This document shows positions 18,630 to 27,150 of a stretch of 64,000 bases of DNA, in pieces. Source of the DNA: an uncultured Actinomycetota bacterium (GTDB lineage: Bacteria; Actinomycetota; Actinomycetes; Propionibacteriales; Propionibacteriaceae); NCBI GenBank assembly GCA_963759635.1, contig CAVXAP010000030.1:142149-206148 (forward strand). Direction: 5' to 3'. The translations under genes were made by a program, and so were the position numbers. The notes under the pieces are model-generated. The model was not told where the DNA came from. It worked only from the letters and a program-made list of their open reading frames with translations, and made no database searches. Each line of letters begins with the position of its first letter. Position 1 is the first letter of the stretch.

Positions 18630-18990
18630 TTGGAGTCCATCGCAGCTAGGGAGTGTACCGCCGTGGCCCACAGAGCCGTGTTTGCCGAGTACGCCAGCAG
18701 CGCCAGCTGGACCGCTGTCCATCTCTGCCAGTTTGTTGGCATGGCGGTGATCATCGCCGGACTTCTCGTCCTCCACTTCACTCTTGACCTCCGAGCTGGA
18801 GGTGCGGCCTGGGTGGCACGACTGGGAGCTGTCTCTGCGGTCGTGGCGCTTGAGCTCTACGGCGTCTGCTCTACGGCGTCCTGCAGGCGGTGGACGGGGT
18901 CGCTCTCAAACAGGCCGTTGATGCTTGGGCAAGCGCACCGGAAGCAAACAAACCCTGCGCCCAACCTCCGCTTCCCGGATCTCTTGATCT
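18630..18990 (+). pseudogene. Decayed membrane-protein gene, frameshifted by a 14-bp tandem duplication
   Basis: SWTAVHLCQFVGMAVIIAGLLVL...AVVALELYGV reads like a conserved actinobacterial membrane protein. After the duplication the sense continues in another frame (LYGVLQAVDGVALKQAVDAWASAPEANK) and then stops. Confidence 0.4.
18854..18881 (+). repeat. 14-bp tandem duplication (gctctacggcgtcY x2)
   Basis: Read directly from the sequence. 14 is not a multiple of 3, so the duplication shifts the frame of the surrounding ORF. Confidence 0.9.
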
Positions 18991-19094
18991 TGAACCCCGG
19001 ACAAGATCACCAAGCTAAAGATGGGGGTCATGGCAGCATGGGGAGGTTGTGATCTTGAGTCCAACGGCCCATCACGCAGAGATCATCGAGCACA

Positions 19095-20435
19095 TCAGCG
19101 GTCTACCGACGCGATGATCGAATCGAGCTCGCTCTGCAACCGGCGCGTCAGGTCGTCAAGATTTGGACCGTGATCCGGGTCGACGATCATCGCGATGGTG
19201 AGCACGCCGGCGTACGACAGGACCTCGAAGTATGCAGTCATGTTTCCGCCCTCGCCAACCCCGACCGGGATAGCTGCATTGACCAGGTGCCCCCCGAGGG
19301 TTACCGGGTCCACGGGACCGCGGACATGTGTCACGAGCGTGTGGAATCGGTGCTGGTGGTTCATGTAGAAGCGGTAGCCGCCGAGCCTTGCGAGCAGCCG
19401 GAACAACCCACCGAGAATGGCAATGGGCGGCGGACCGGTCGCTGCCGCCCTGTGGGCTCGCACCGCCGCCTCAACCTGCGCGAGGCGTTCACCTACATCC
19501 CCGCTGGTCGGGATGTTGACCAGCATCGGGCTCACGAGATTTCCCACCGCCGACCCGCCGCCTGGTCGGCGGCCGGAGACCGGCACGGTGATGGCTATGG
19601 GCTCGATTGACTCTCCTCTGCTCTGCAAATACTGATGCAGCGCGCCACCCACGGCGACGAGGATTGCGTCGTTCGTGGTAGCCCCATATCGATGCGCTGC
19701 TGCTCTCAGCGCAGCGCGATCCACCCTGACGACTGCCATCCTCCGACGCGGACCCGTCCGTTGCACGAGCGAGCAAGGCAGGGCTCGAGTTGGGTGAAAA
19801 CCGCCGCCAGCGAACATTGCCCGGCGCAGCGATCGCCAGGAACCGGTCACCTGGCGTAAGCCTTGGAACCGCGTCTGCATCGCGTCTCGTGCAAGACGCG
19901 CCCGTGTCGGCGAAGCCCGTGGGAAGCGGACGTGGGCAGGTGGCAGTCCCGGGTCGACGAGTGCCGCGAGTACATTGAGCCCGCCAAGTCCGTCTGCGAG
20001 GACATGGTGCAACACGACCACCACCGCGACTCCGCCATCGGCAAGATCACTGATCAGCGCGACCGACCAGAGCGGAGCTCCTCTCGGCAACGGAGTCATG
20101 ATTACTGAGAGAACAGTCTCCAACAGCGCCCGCTGATCTCCTGGCGGTGGGCAGGACACCGCCTGAACATGATGATCAATATTGAAGTCACCATCGTCCA
20201 CCCACACTGGCCGTCCGCAGCCCGGAGGCACCTTGATCAACTTCTGACGCATGCGGGGGAGAGCAACGATGCGGTCTGCGATCAACTTCCGGAGGTGAGA
20301 CAGACTGAAATCGCCGGGCCGTTCCAGGATCAAGACGACAGCGAACTGTTGCGGAACTTGGCCAGTATCCATCGCGAGAAACGCCAAGTCGGCCGAACTG
20401 GCACGCTCAACTGCCGGCCCGTCCCTGTTCGCCAT
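19095..20435 (-). CDS. Wax ester synthase / diacylglycerol acyltransferase (WS/DGAT, Tgs-like), paralog 1
   Basis: HHVLADGLGG (HHxxxDG active site), N-terminal DLAFLAMD, WVDDGDFNIDHHV. The likely start is MANRDG at 20435. Confidence 0.85.
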   Translation of the reverse strand: MANRDGPAVERASSADLAFLAMDTGQVPQQFAVVLILERPGDFSLSHLRKLIADRIVALPRMRQKLIKVPPGCGRPVWVDDGDFNIDHHVQAVSCPPPGDQRALLETVLSVIMTPLPRGAPLWSVALISDLADGGVAVVVVLHHVLADGLGGLNVLAALVDPGLPPAHVRFPRASPTRARLARDAMQTRFQGLRQVTGSWRSLRRAMFAGGGFHPTRALPCSLVQRTGPRRRMAVVRVDRAALRAAAHRYGATTNDAILVAVGGALHQYLQSRGESIEPIAITVPVSGRRPGGGSAVGNLVSPMLVNIPTSGDVGERLAQVEAAVRAHRAAATGPPPIAILGGLFRLLARLGGYRFYMNHQHRFHTLVTHVRGPVDPVTLGGHLVNAAIPVGVGEGGNMTAYFEVLSYAGVLTIAMIVDPDHGPNLDDLTRRLQSELDSIIASVDR

Positions 20436-20526
20436 CGCCACTGGCGAGAGATCGCGCGTCGTCACATGCCCATCCGACACGTTCACTGAAGCAGTTTTGA
20501 AGAGTCGAAGGTCACGGATGCACATG

Positions 20527-20540
20527 TGGGGTTTCGTCCT
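20527..20540. promoter_or_regulatory. Weak DosR-like box candidate TGGGGTTTCGTCCT, upstream of WS/DGAT 1
   Basis: Good right half (GTCCT as at 24012) and a poor left half. It lies 92 nt from the proposed start, the same spacing as the USP boxes. Confidence 0.2.
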
Positions 20541-20570
20541 TTGAGACGAGGCCGAGCAGTCGGACGTTGG

Positions 20571-21830
20571 TCACAGCTCGTGTAACGGTTTGAGAACCCA
20601 GCCTGCCCGCCGATCGGTCAGTGGCACCATCTCGCCGACCCATCGAACCTCGACCTTAGTTCCTGCAATGAACGACCCCATGCGAGCAAGCTCCATTCTG
20701 ATCTGGTCCGCCACGCGGCTGGTCAGGGTATCGAACCGGAAGAATCCGATCTCGCCGCTGGGAATCAGCACATCCCAGACCCCGGCGATCTGGCCGTCGA
20801 CCAGCGCAACGCTGGTCGCGTTTCCGCCCCGGTCATAAACGAAGTCCTGACGGTCAGGGTTCAGCAGGCGTGCCCGCCGCCGAAAGCCCATGGTGTACGG
20901 GTCCAGGGCGGCCAGCAGCGACACTTGCGTCCGTGTCGGTCTGGTCGCATGCATGATTCGGTCGAGGTTGGCGCGACGAACCAGGTGCTCGCCGTCCCAC
21001 TCCGGCAGGCGTACCGGCGTGATCTGTGTGCCGAGTTCGTGCAGCGCGTCGCGGCAGCGCCGTCTGCCTAGGCCTGTCCACCAGGCAATGTCGTCGAGTG
21101 TGACCGGCCCGTACCGGTCGATGTACCGCTCGATGAGCATTGTCGCAGCCTGGGCTGGCTCGTAGCGGTCCAGCTTCACTTGGGGCAGGGCCTCGGCCAG
21201 GCGGCGGTACGTGCTGTGGGCGTCACGCCACCCCGCGACCGGGCGGTCACGGAGCAGCTGGCCTTCGTCGCACATTTGGTTCAGTACTGCGGGGAGCGCA
21301 ATGTTGCGGCCGGCACCGAGCTCAGTTCGGATCTGCGCGGCGGACAGGGCTCTGCCGGCGAGGACGGCATCCACGAGGCCTGCGTACCGCTCGTAGGAAC
21401 GAGGCGTCAGGCCCTGAGCCGTCAAATACTTCGTTGACGGCCCAAGTACTAGCTCGCGAGTGGCCGCCCACGCAATGGGTAGCAGCTCGAGTGGCAGCAG
21501 GAAGAGGGTGCCGCGCATGCATCGGACTCGCGCGAGGCTGCGGCGCTCATACAGTTCGCGGTCAAGCGCCGGGCGCGTGAATCCTGGCATCCGGGTGAAG
21601 AGCTGGAGGTACGGATTCGGCGCGCCTGTCGCATGCAGGCCGACGAGGTCACGGGCAGCCTGCACCACGTCGGTTGCCGGGGCATCGTCGCGGAGATGTT
21701 GCCGCGCCAGCCCGTCGGCGACGGCGCATGCGGCATCCAGTTGTGTCACGGATCTGCAGGCGACTGCAGCACTTTGAGCGCGCGTACAGTGACCCACTCG
21801 TTCATCCGCCGGCTGCTGGTCGGTCCCCAA
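20571..21830 (-). CDS. Winged-helix DNA-binding domain protein, YcaQ/AlkZ-like (putative DNA glycosylase)
   Basis: PYLQLFTRMPGFTRPALDRELYERRSLARVRCMRGTLFLLP is typical of the DUF1006/YcaQ family. The annotated ORF start overlaps the upstream gene by 85 nt, so the true start is probably further downstream. Confidence 0.7.
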   Translation of the reverse strand: MGTDQQPADERVGHCTRAQSAAVACRSVTQLDAACAVADGLARQHLRDDAPATDVVQAARDLVGLHATGAPNPYLQLFTRMPGFTRPALDRELYERRSLARVRCMRGTLFLLPLELLPIAWAATRELVLGPSTKYLTAQGLTPRSYERYAGLVDAVLAGRALSAAQIRTELGAGRNIALPAVLNQMCDEGQLLRDRPVAGWRDAHSTYRRLAEALPQVKLDRYEPAQAATMLIERYIDRYGPVTLDDIAWWTGLGRRRCRDALHELGTQITPVRLPEWDGEHLVRRANLDRIMHATRPTRTQVSLLAALDPYTMGFRRRARLLNPDRQDFVYDRGGNATSVALVDGQIAGVWDVLIPSGEIGFFRFDTLTSRVADQIRMELARMGSFIAGTKVEVRWVGEMVPLTDRRAGWVLKPLHEL

Positions 21831-22756
21831 TCCACAATCGACCGCTGCCCAGTGGCGCTCGGACCACTGCGGTAGTAGCGATGTTCGGCGGGAAAGCCGC
21901 CGTCAGGTAGGGCTTTCCCGCGCAGCAGTTCGAGCGCCTCCTCGCAGTTGGGGTCAGTCAGATGACCGGCCTCGGCGAGGACTTCGAGGCCGAACAAGAT
22001 GTCGTAGTGCCAATAGCACGGGTAGTGCAGCTGCAGGAACGTCGGCGCGATTACCCTTCCGCCGTGACGGCGTCGGAACAGCCGGTGGGAGAGGAAGAAC
22101 TCGCTGGCGTGTTCGGCGGCGGTGCGACTACGTTCGTTTCCGGTCAGCCGGGAGTACAAGGCGAGGGCACGTAGCGGGATGAGGCTTTCGGTGAAGGACG
22201 AGGAACGACCGCTCGCCCGCCGGTCGCAGTTCCAGCCACCGTCGGGCCACTGCGTGTCGAGTAGCCGCTGGACCAGCGGCTCTGTACGTTCATCGGCAAT
22301 GTGAAGGGAGAGCGTCGACCAGACCGCATTGGCGTCGATGGAAGCATGCAGCGTCGGTAAGCCGTTTACGCGGCCCATGTGACGCCCGTAGTCCGCCGAG
22401 AATAGCCAGCCCATGATTTGGTCGCGTAACGGCAGGAGCGATTCATCGCCCGGTGGGTAACGCAGTTCGGCGAGAGCGACCAGCACCCAATGTGCTCCGT
22501 ACCACTTGGCCTTGTATGGATGGTGCGGGATGCGTCCCGTGTCATCCCGCCCGGACAACAGCGTCGCGACTCGCGACGACGTACGCACGTGCTCGGCCAA
22601 CTGGCGTACGTCGCGGCTGTCTGGTTGCTGACCCATGAGATCACTGACGACATGCAGCCGGACAGAGGGCTCTGTTGAATGGAGCAACTGCTGCGTCACA
22701 TCCGCGTTTGCTGGGGAGGCGAAATCTAAGGATTCGCCTCCCCACTGCGCGTTCAT
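21746..22756 (-). CDS. Hypothetical protein, possibly alpha/alpha-toroid (prenyltransferase / squalene-cyclase-repeat-like)
   Basis: 336-aa ORF with repeated DGGW / DGGF motifs (WPDGGWNCD, LPDGGFPAE). The family assignment is tentative. Confidence 0.55.
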   Translation of the reverse strand: MNAQWGGESLDFASPANADVTQQLLHSTEPSVRLHVVSDLMGQQPDSRDVRQLAEHVRTSSRVATLLSGRDDTGRIPHHPYKAKWYGAHWVLVALAELRYPPGDESLLPLRDQIMGWLFSADYGRHMGRVNGLPTLHASIDANAVWSTLSLHIADERTEPLVQRLLDTQWPDGGWNCDRRASGRSSSFTESLIPLRALALYSRLTGNERSRTAAEHASEFFLSHRLFRRRHGGRVIAPTFLQLHYPCYWHYDILFGLEVLAEAGHLTDPNCEEALELLRGKALPDGGFPAEHRYYRSGPSATGQRSIVDWGPTSSRRMNEWVTVRALKVLQSPADP

Positions 22757-23151
22757 CGCTTGGCGATCGCGATGTGCTTCGGCTCCGGATTCTTCGCTTC
22801 TTTGAGCGGAGTACGCACTTCGAGGATCCCGTCACGGTAGGTCGCCGTCACGTCTTCTTCGTCGGCTCCCGCGGGGAGACTCACGCTACGGCTGAAGGAG
22901 CCGTACCGGAACTCTGACCGGCCGCCCTCCTTCTTCTCCTCACGCCGCTCCGCCGTGATCGTGAGAATCCCGTCCTGGACGGTGATGTCGACGTCGTTTT
23001 CCGGGTCGATCCCGGGCAGTTCGGCGCGCACCACGTGTTGCCCCTCATCGACGTAGTCCTCGACACGCACCAGCTGCCCTCCGGTGAACGGCCGCATGAT
23101 AGGCAGCGCTGGGAACTCGGTCTCCAGCCAGTCCATCAGGTCGGCGAACAT
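22753..23151 (-). CDS. Hsp20 / alpha-crystallin family small heat-shock protein
   Basis: ACD core: VRAELPGIDPENDVDITVQDGILTITAERREE...FSRSVSLPAGADEEDVTATYRDGILEVRTP. An alternative GTG start at 23181 has a GGGGA RBS. Confidence 0.88.
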   Translation of the reverse strand: MFADLMDWLETEFPALPIMRPFTGGQLVRVEDYVDEGQHVVRAELPGIDPENDVDITVQDGILTITAERREEKKEGGRSEFRYGSFSRSVSLPAGADEEDVTATYRDGILEVRTPLKEAKNPEPKHIAIAKR

Positions 23152-23355
23152 CGGGCGTTCGCGTCTTGCGGGCACTGTCACTGCTCGTCCCCTTTCTTCG
23201 GCGTTTCCTTGCCTGTCTCTTGCCATTACAGCTAACGGACTACGGCCACTACGTCGGACCGGCGGCATGGGGAGGGCCCGCCTGCGCGTATGTCCGGCGA
23301 TGGTGCGTTGGGACAATGCGCTCGTTTCCGAGTGCCTCCACCACCCGACGTGGTC

Positions 23356-23625
23356 TTATGCCTCGAGATGCACCTGCGCGTGCAGGTTCTGTTCGATGTC
23401 GCTGACGGTTGCCTCAAAGAGGTCGTGGGCCAGACCACTGAGTGCCCGTGCGGTGGCCAATTCCTCGCCAATTTCAGGAACTTCTGTGTCGTTCGGATTG
23501 CGCCTAGCGACGCCCTCGTGGCGAAGCTCGGTGCCCGCACTCGTGCGCAGAACCGCATTGGCCCGAGTCCGATCCCCGTCCTCGAAGAGGAAGATTTCAA
23601 TGTTCCAGGTTGCGGTTTGTTCCAT
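23356..23625 (-). CDS. DUF1876 (Rv1738 / Rv2632c-like) small protein
   Basis: 89 aa. WNIEIFLFEDGDRTRANAVL...GVARRNPNDTEVPEIGEELATARAL is the characteristic DUF1876 pattern. Confidence 0.8.
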   Translation of the reverse strand: MEQTATWNIEIFLFEDGDRTRANAVLRTSAGTELRHEGVARRNPNDTEVPEIGEELATARALSGLAHDLFEATVSDIEQNLHAQVHLEA

Positions 23626-23706
23626 CGTGATCCTTTGGGTGCGTCTACGTCACTCACGTTGCCTCAGGAGGGCGCCGACGCGCAGAGGAGTAAGACCTGC
23701 GTAGAT

Positions 23707-23720
23707 GGGTCGAACGGCAC
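23707..23720. promoter_or_regulatory. Weak DosR-like box candidate GGGTCGAACGGCAC, upstream of the DUF1876 gene
   Basis: Good left half and a degenerate right half, 82 nt from ATG 23625. Confidence 0.2.
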
Positions 23721-23749
23721 TGCGGTCGAGCCTCGGCACGAAAGATCAA

Positions 23750-23995
23750 TCAGCGGCGCGACACGCACGGTGCGCTGGCCGTCTGTCTGGCGTTGGGTTG
23801 CACCATCACGGAGAGAGCGGTGCAGCAGCGCCTGCTCCCTTCCCAGGCGGTCGGCAGCACACCATGATCAATATTGAAGTCGTAATCAGCTACCCAGGCC
23901 CGGTCACAGAGGCGTGTACCAGTGGCGGCTCATCCACTCCGGCGAGATGATATCTACGGAGCGCCTTGATCATGACGCTCAACCGCTTATAGATG
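23750..23995 (-). pseudogene. 5' remnant of a WS/DGAT gene (frameshifted, truncated)
   Basis: Translation ...AWVADYDFNIDHGVLPTAWEGSRRCCTALSVMVQPNARQ* parallels VWVDDGDFNIDHHVQAV...VLSVIMTPLPRG of the 19095-20435 product. It shares the 18-nt string atgatcaatattgaagtc (23864 vs 20172). Confidence 0.5.
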
Positions 23996-24011
23996 AGTCC
24001 AGCACGGGTGA

Positions 24012-24025
24012 GGGACAAAGGTCCT
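24012..24025. promoter_or_regulatory. DosR/DevR-like box GGGACAAAGGTCCT, upstream of triple-USP gene 1
   Basis: Core of an extended inverted repeat GTGAGGGACAAAGGTCCTCAC (24008-24028), 95 nt upstream of ATG 24120. Confidence 0.55.
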
Positions 24026-24119
24026 CACGAGCAACGACGAAGGGCGGTTGTGCGGATACGACTGCGGCGCCACCGTCGGAGGTAGTACAGATGCGGCCCC
24101 TGCCCGATGGAGGTGTCTG

Positions 24120-25544
24120 ATGAACAACGAGATCGTTGTTGGACTGGACGATTCGCCGTCGAGTAAGGCTGCGTTGAATTGGGCAGCTGAGCAGGCCAGG
24201 AGGCTCAGTGCCGTACTTCGAGCCGTACACGTGCTTGACTGGCCGTACGGGCTCAGCTCCGCCGGCTTTCCCGCGCCAGTCAACTTCATGGAGGTGAGCC
24301 ACGAGGAGCTCAAGGAGTCATACCGGAAGGCGATCACCGCGGTGTTCGACGCCGTATCGCCTCGTCCCGACTGGATCCTGCAGTTCGCCAGCGGGGATAC
24401 CGGCCGGGTCCTGGTTCGGCAATCTCAAGACGCACGCCAACTCGTGGTGGGTACTCGCGAACACGTTGGGCTGGGGCGGCTGCTGAGCGGCTCGGTGAGC
24501 CACTACTGCCTCAGCCATGCTGTCTGTCCGGTCGTCGCGGTGCCGGCCGCCTCTGATCGCCCTGCCGAGGATTCTGACGCAGCCGGGCAGGACACCACCG
24601 TGGTATTCGATGAAGGTGTCGGGGCTGCGAGCCCAGCGGCGGAGGGAATGATCGGCGAGGCCGAGGCACCGGGTAGGCCGCTGGTGGTGGCGGGCGTAGA
24701 CGCATCGGCGGAATCGTTGGGGGCTGCACACTACGCAGTCACGGCGGCTGAGCTGCGCGGCAGTGACATCCTCCTGGTGCACGCCTTTCCACCTCCATCG
24801 GCGCGGGCCCCTGACACGGATGCCGCGTTCTCGGCGGCCCGGACCACGGCAGAGAAACTCCTCGCAGCGGTGGCTGCACAGCTGATCGTTCCTCCAGAGG
24901 TGCACGTGTATGGGAGGGCCGAGCCGGATGATGCTGTGACGGTCCTCGAAGGCTCAGCCCGCCAAGCCGCGATGCTGGTGCTGGGTCGCGACGATGTGTC
25001 GTGGTTTGAGCGGTTGTTCATGGGCGCTGTCACGTCGCAGGTTGTCGGTCACGTCGCATATCCGGTGGTCGTAGTCCCCGGCAACTGGCGTGCCCGCCAT
25101 GCCTCTCCGCGGCTGCCGGTGATTGTTGCACTTGACGGCGAGACAGCGCCGGAGCCTGCGCTGAAGTTGGCGTTCGAGGAGGCGAGGCTGCGTGATGCTC
25201 GAGTGATTGTGCTGCACGCCCAGCCGATGACCGCCTCGCCTCGCGATCTGACCGCCGCGCGATTAGATCTTGAAGAAGTACTGGCGGAATGGGAGCGAAA
25301 CCATCCTGAAGTCGCGATCTCGACCGCGATCGTCACCGGCGACGCCGACGCTCAGCTCATACGGTGGTCCCGATCGGCGGCCGTCTTGGTGGTCGGTCAG
25401 CCACATCAGCGTCGCTGGGGACCATGGACTCGGTCGGTGGCCCGCAGTGTGATGAAGCAGACACACTGTCCGCTTATCGTGGCACCACAGGCCACGGCCG
25501 AGCCCGAACGACATTCTGCACTGGCAGAGCAGGCCCTGACTTGA
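24120..25544 (+). CDS. Universal stress protein with three USP domains
   Basis: GGAGG RBS. Domain 1 runs MNNEIVVGLDDSPSS...CPVVAVP, domain 2 LVVAGVDASAES...YPVVVVP and domain 3 PVIVALDGETAP...CPLIVAP, with an acidic linker after domain 1. Confidence 0.88.
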   Translation: MNNEIVVGLDDSPSSKAALNWAAEQARRLSAVLRAVHVLDWPYGLSSAGFPAPVNFMEVSHEELKESYRKAITAVFDAVSPRPDWILQFASGDTGRVLVRQSQDARQLVVGTREHVGLGRLLSGSVSHYCLSHAVCPVVAVPAASDRPAEDSDAAGQDTTVVFDEGVGAASPAAEGMIGEAEAPGRPLVVAGVDASAESLGAAHYAVTAAELRGSDILLVHAFPPPSARAPDTDAAFSAARTTAEKLLAAVAAQLIVPPEVHVYGRAEPDDAVTVLEGSARQAAMLVLGRDDVSWFERLFMGAVTSQVVGHVAYPVVVVPGNWRARHASPRLPVIVALDGETAPEPALKLAFEEARLRDARVIVLHAQPMTASPRDLTAARLDLEEVLAEWERNHPEVAISTAIVTGDADAQLIRWSRSAAVLVVGQPHQRRWGPWTRSVARSVMKQTHCPLIVAPQATAEPERHSALAEQALT

Positions 25545-25570
25545 TCTACCCGACCAGTGGTCACACAGCC

Positions 25571-27094
25571 ATGCCAGACATCGATCAGCTTGGGATAGCG
25601 GGCAATGTCGATGGGATCTTGAACCGCTGGCCTGCCGTCGGTCTGGCGGTGGGCGCGGTCCGGGACGGAGCGCTCGAGTTTTTCTCCGGTCATGGGGTCG
25701 CAAACATCGAGGCGGCGACGCCGGTGACCGAAGACACGGTCTTTCGGATCGGCTCAATCACCAAGACCTTTACAGCGGTTGCGGTCATGCAGCTTGAGGA
25801 GCGGGGCCTGATCGAGCTGGATGCTCCGGCCAATGACTACCTGCGCGCCTTCCAGCTCGTGCCAGCGAAGGCAAGCTGGCGTCCTGCCACGGTGCGGCAT
25901 CTGCTGACTCACACCGCCGGCGTGCCGGAGTGGCTGCATCCCTCACGCATGATCAACAGCGGCTGGGTCGCAGAAACCTTCTCGCTCGATGCGCGTCTGC
26001 CCACCCTCGCGGAGTACTACCAAGGCGGCCTGCGGCTGGCAGCGGAGCCGGGCACGATCTGGACGTACAGCGATCACGGGTTCGCCACCCTCGGCCAGAT
26101 CGTGGAAGACCTCAGCGGGCAGTCTCTGCACCGCTATTTCCGCGAGTGCATCTTCGAGCCCCTTGGGATGGCAGATACGGATTTGTTGCGATCGCAACGG
26201 CTTACGTCGCGGCTGGCCACTGGCTACCGACTGCGTTCAGACGGCGCAAAGGCGGTGACTGACCGCCAGGGTGTGACTGCGGCGGCCGGCTCGATCTATT
26301 CCACCCCAAGGGACATGGCGCGCTATGTGGTCGCGCTTCTCGGCGGTGGTTCAGGTGAGCATGGTTCGATCCTCAAGCCGGAGACCGTCGCGCGGATGTT
26401 CGAGCCGCACTACCGGCCGGACCCGCGGATACCAGGCATGGGGCTGGCGTTCTGGCGGGTAGACCTCGGGGGGCATGCTGCGGTGGAGCACCAGGGGGTG
26501 GTGCCCGGGTTCAATTCCCAGATCTTCCTGGCGCCGGACGACAATGTCGGCGTCGTGGCTTTCACCAACGGGTCGAGGAATGCTTCAGGCTGGCTGACGG
26601 GAGAGACGCAACGGCTGGTCCGTGAGCTGATCGGGGCCCCGCGGGACTGCATCCGCACCGACATCCCGCAGCATCCGGAGATCTGGGGCAAAGTTTGCGG
26701 CTGGTACCGGCCTCGCGCCCAGCGGACGGACCTGCAGGCGTGGAGCATCCTCGGCGCCGGAGTTGAGGTCAGCGTTCGGCGCGGCCAGCTGATCCTGCGA
26801 ACCCTCAGCCCGATACCAGCCCTGTACCGAGGCCTTCCGCTGCATCCCGACGATCAAGAAGACCCGTACGTCTTCCGAATCGACCTCTTGAAGTACGGCC
26901 TGGGCACAGTCAGGGTGGTGTTCAGCCGCGACCTTTCAGGTACCACGACTGGGGTCCACCTCGACGGGGTCCTGCTGTCTGCCGATAGGCACCCCAAATC
27001 GATCAATCCGAGGGTGTGGGCCACCGGCGCCTTTGGGGTGCTTGGTGCCGCAACCACGGTACGGGCCGTCCGGCGATTTCAGGATCGGCGGTAG
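25571..27094 (+). CDS. Serine hydrolase, beta-lactamase (class C / PBP4-like) fold, tandem paralog A
   Basis: FRIGSITKTF (SxxK), YSDHGF (YxN-like), 508 aa. It starts 26 nt after the USP stop. Confidence 0.85.
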   Translation: MPDIDQLGIAGNVDGILNRWPAVGLAVGAVRDGALEFFSGHGVANIEAATPVTEDTVFRIGSITKTFTAVAVMQLEERGLIELDAPANDYLRAFQLVPAKASWRPATVRHLLTHTAGVPEWLHPSRMINSGWVAETFSLDARLPTLAEYYQGGLRLAAEPGTIWTYSDHGFATLGQIVEDLSGQSLHRYFRECIFEPLGMADTDLLRSQRLTSRLATGYRLRSDGAKAVTDRQGVTAAAGSIYSTPRDMARYVVALLGGGSGEHGSILKPETVARMFEPHYRPDPRIPGMGLAFWRVDLGGHAAVEHQGVVPGFNSQIFLAPDDNVGVVAFTNGSRNASGWLTGETQRLVRELIGAPRDCIRTDIPQHPEIWGKVCGWYRPRAQRTDLQAWSILGAGVEVSVRRGQLILRTLSPIPALYRGLPLHPDDQEDPYVFRIDLLKYGLGTVRVVFSRDLSGTTTGVHLDGVLLSADRHPKSINPRVWATGAFGVLGAATTVRAVRRFQDRR

Positions 27095-27150
27095 GCGGGA
27101 GCACAGCCTCTGGTGCACTCATTCAGTAAGGCAGGAAAGGAGCACAAACA

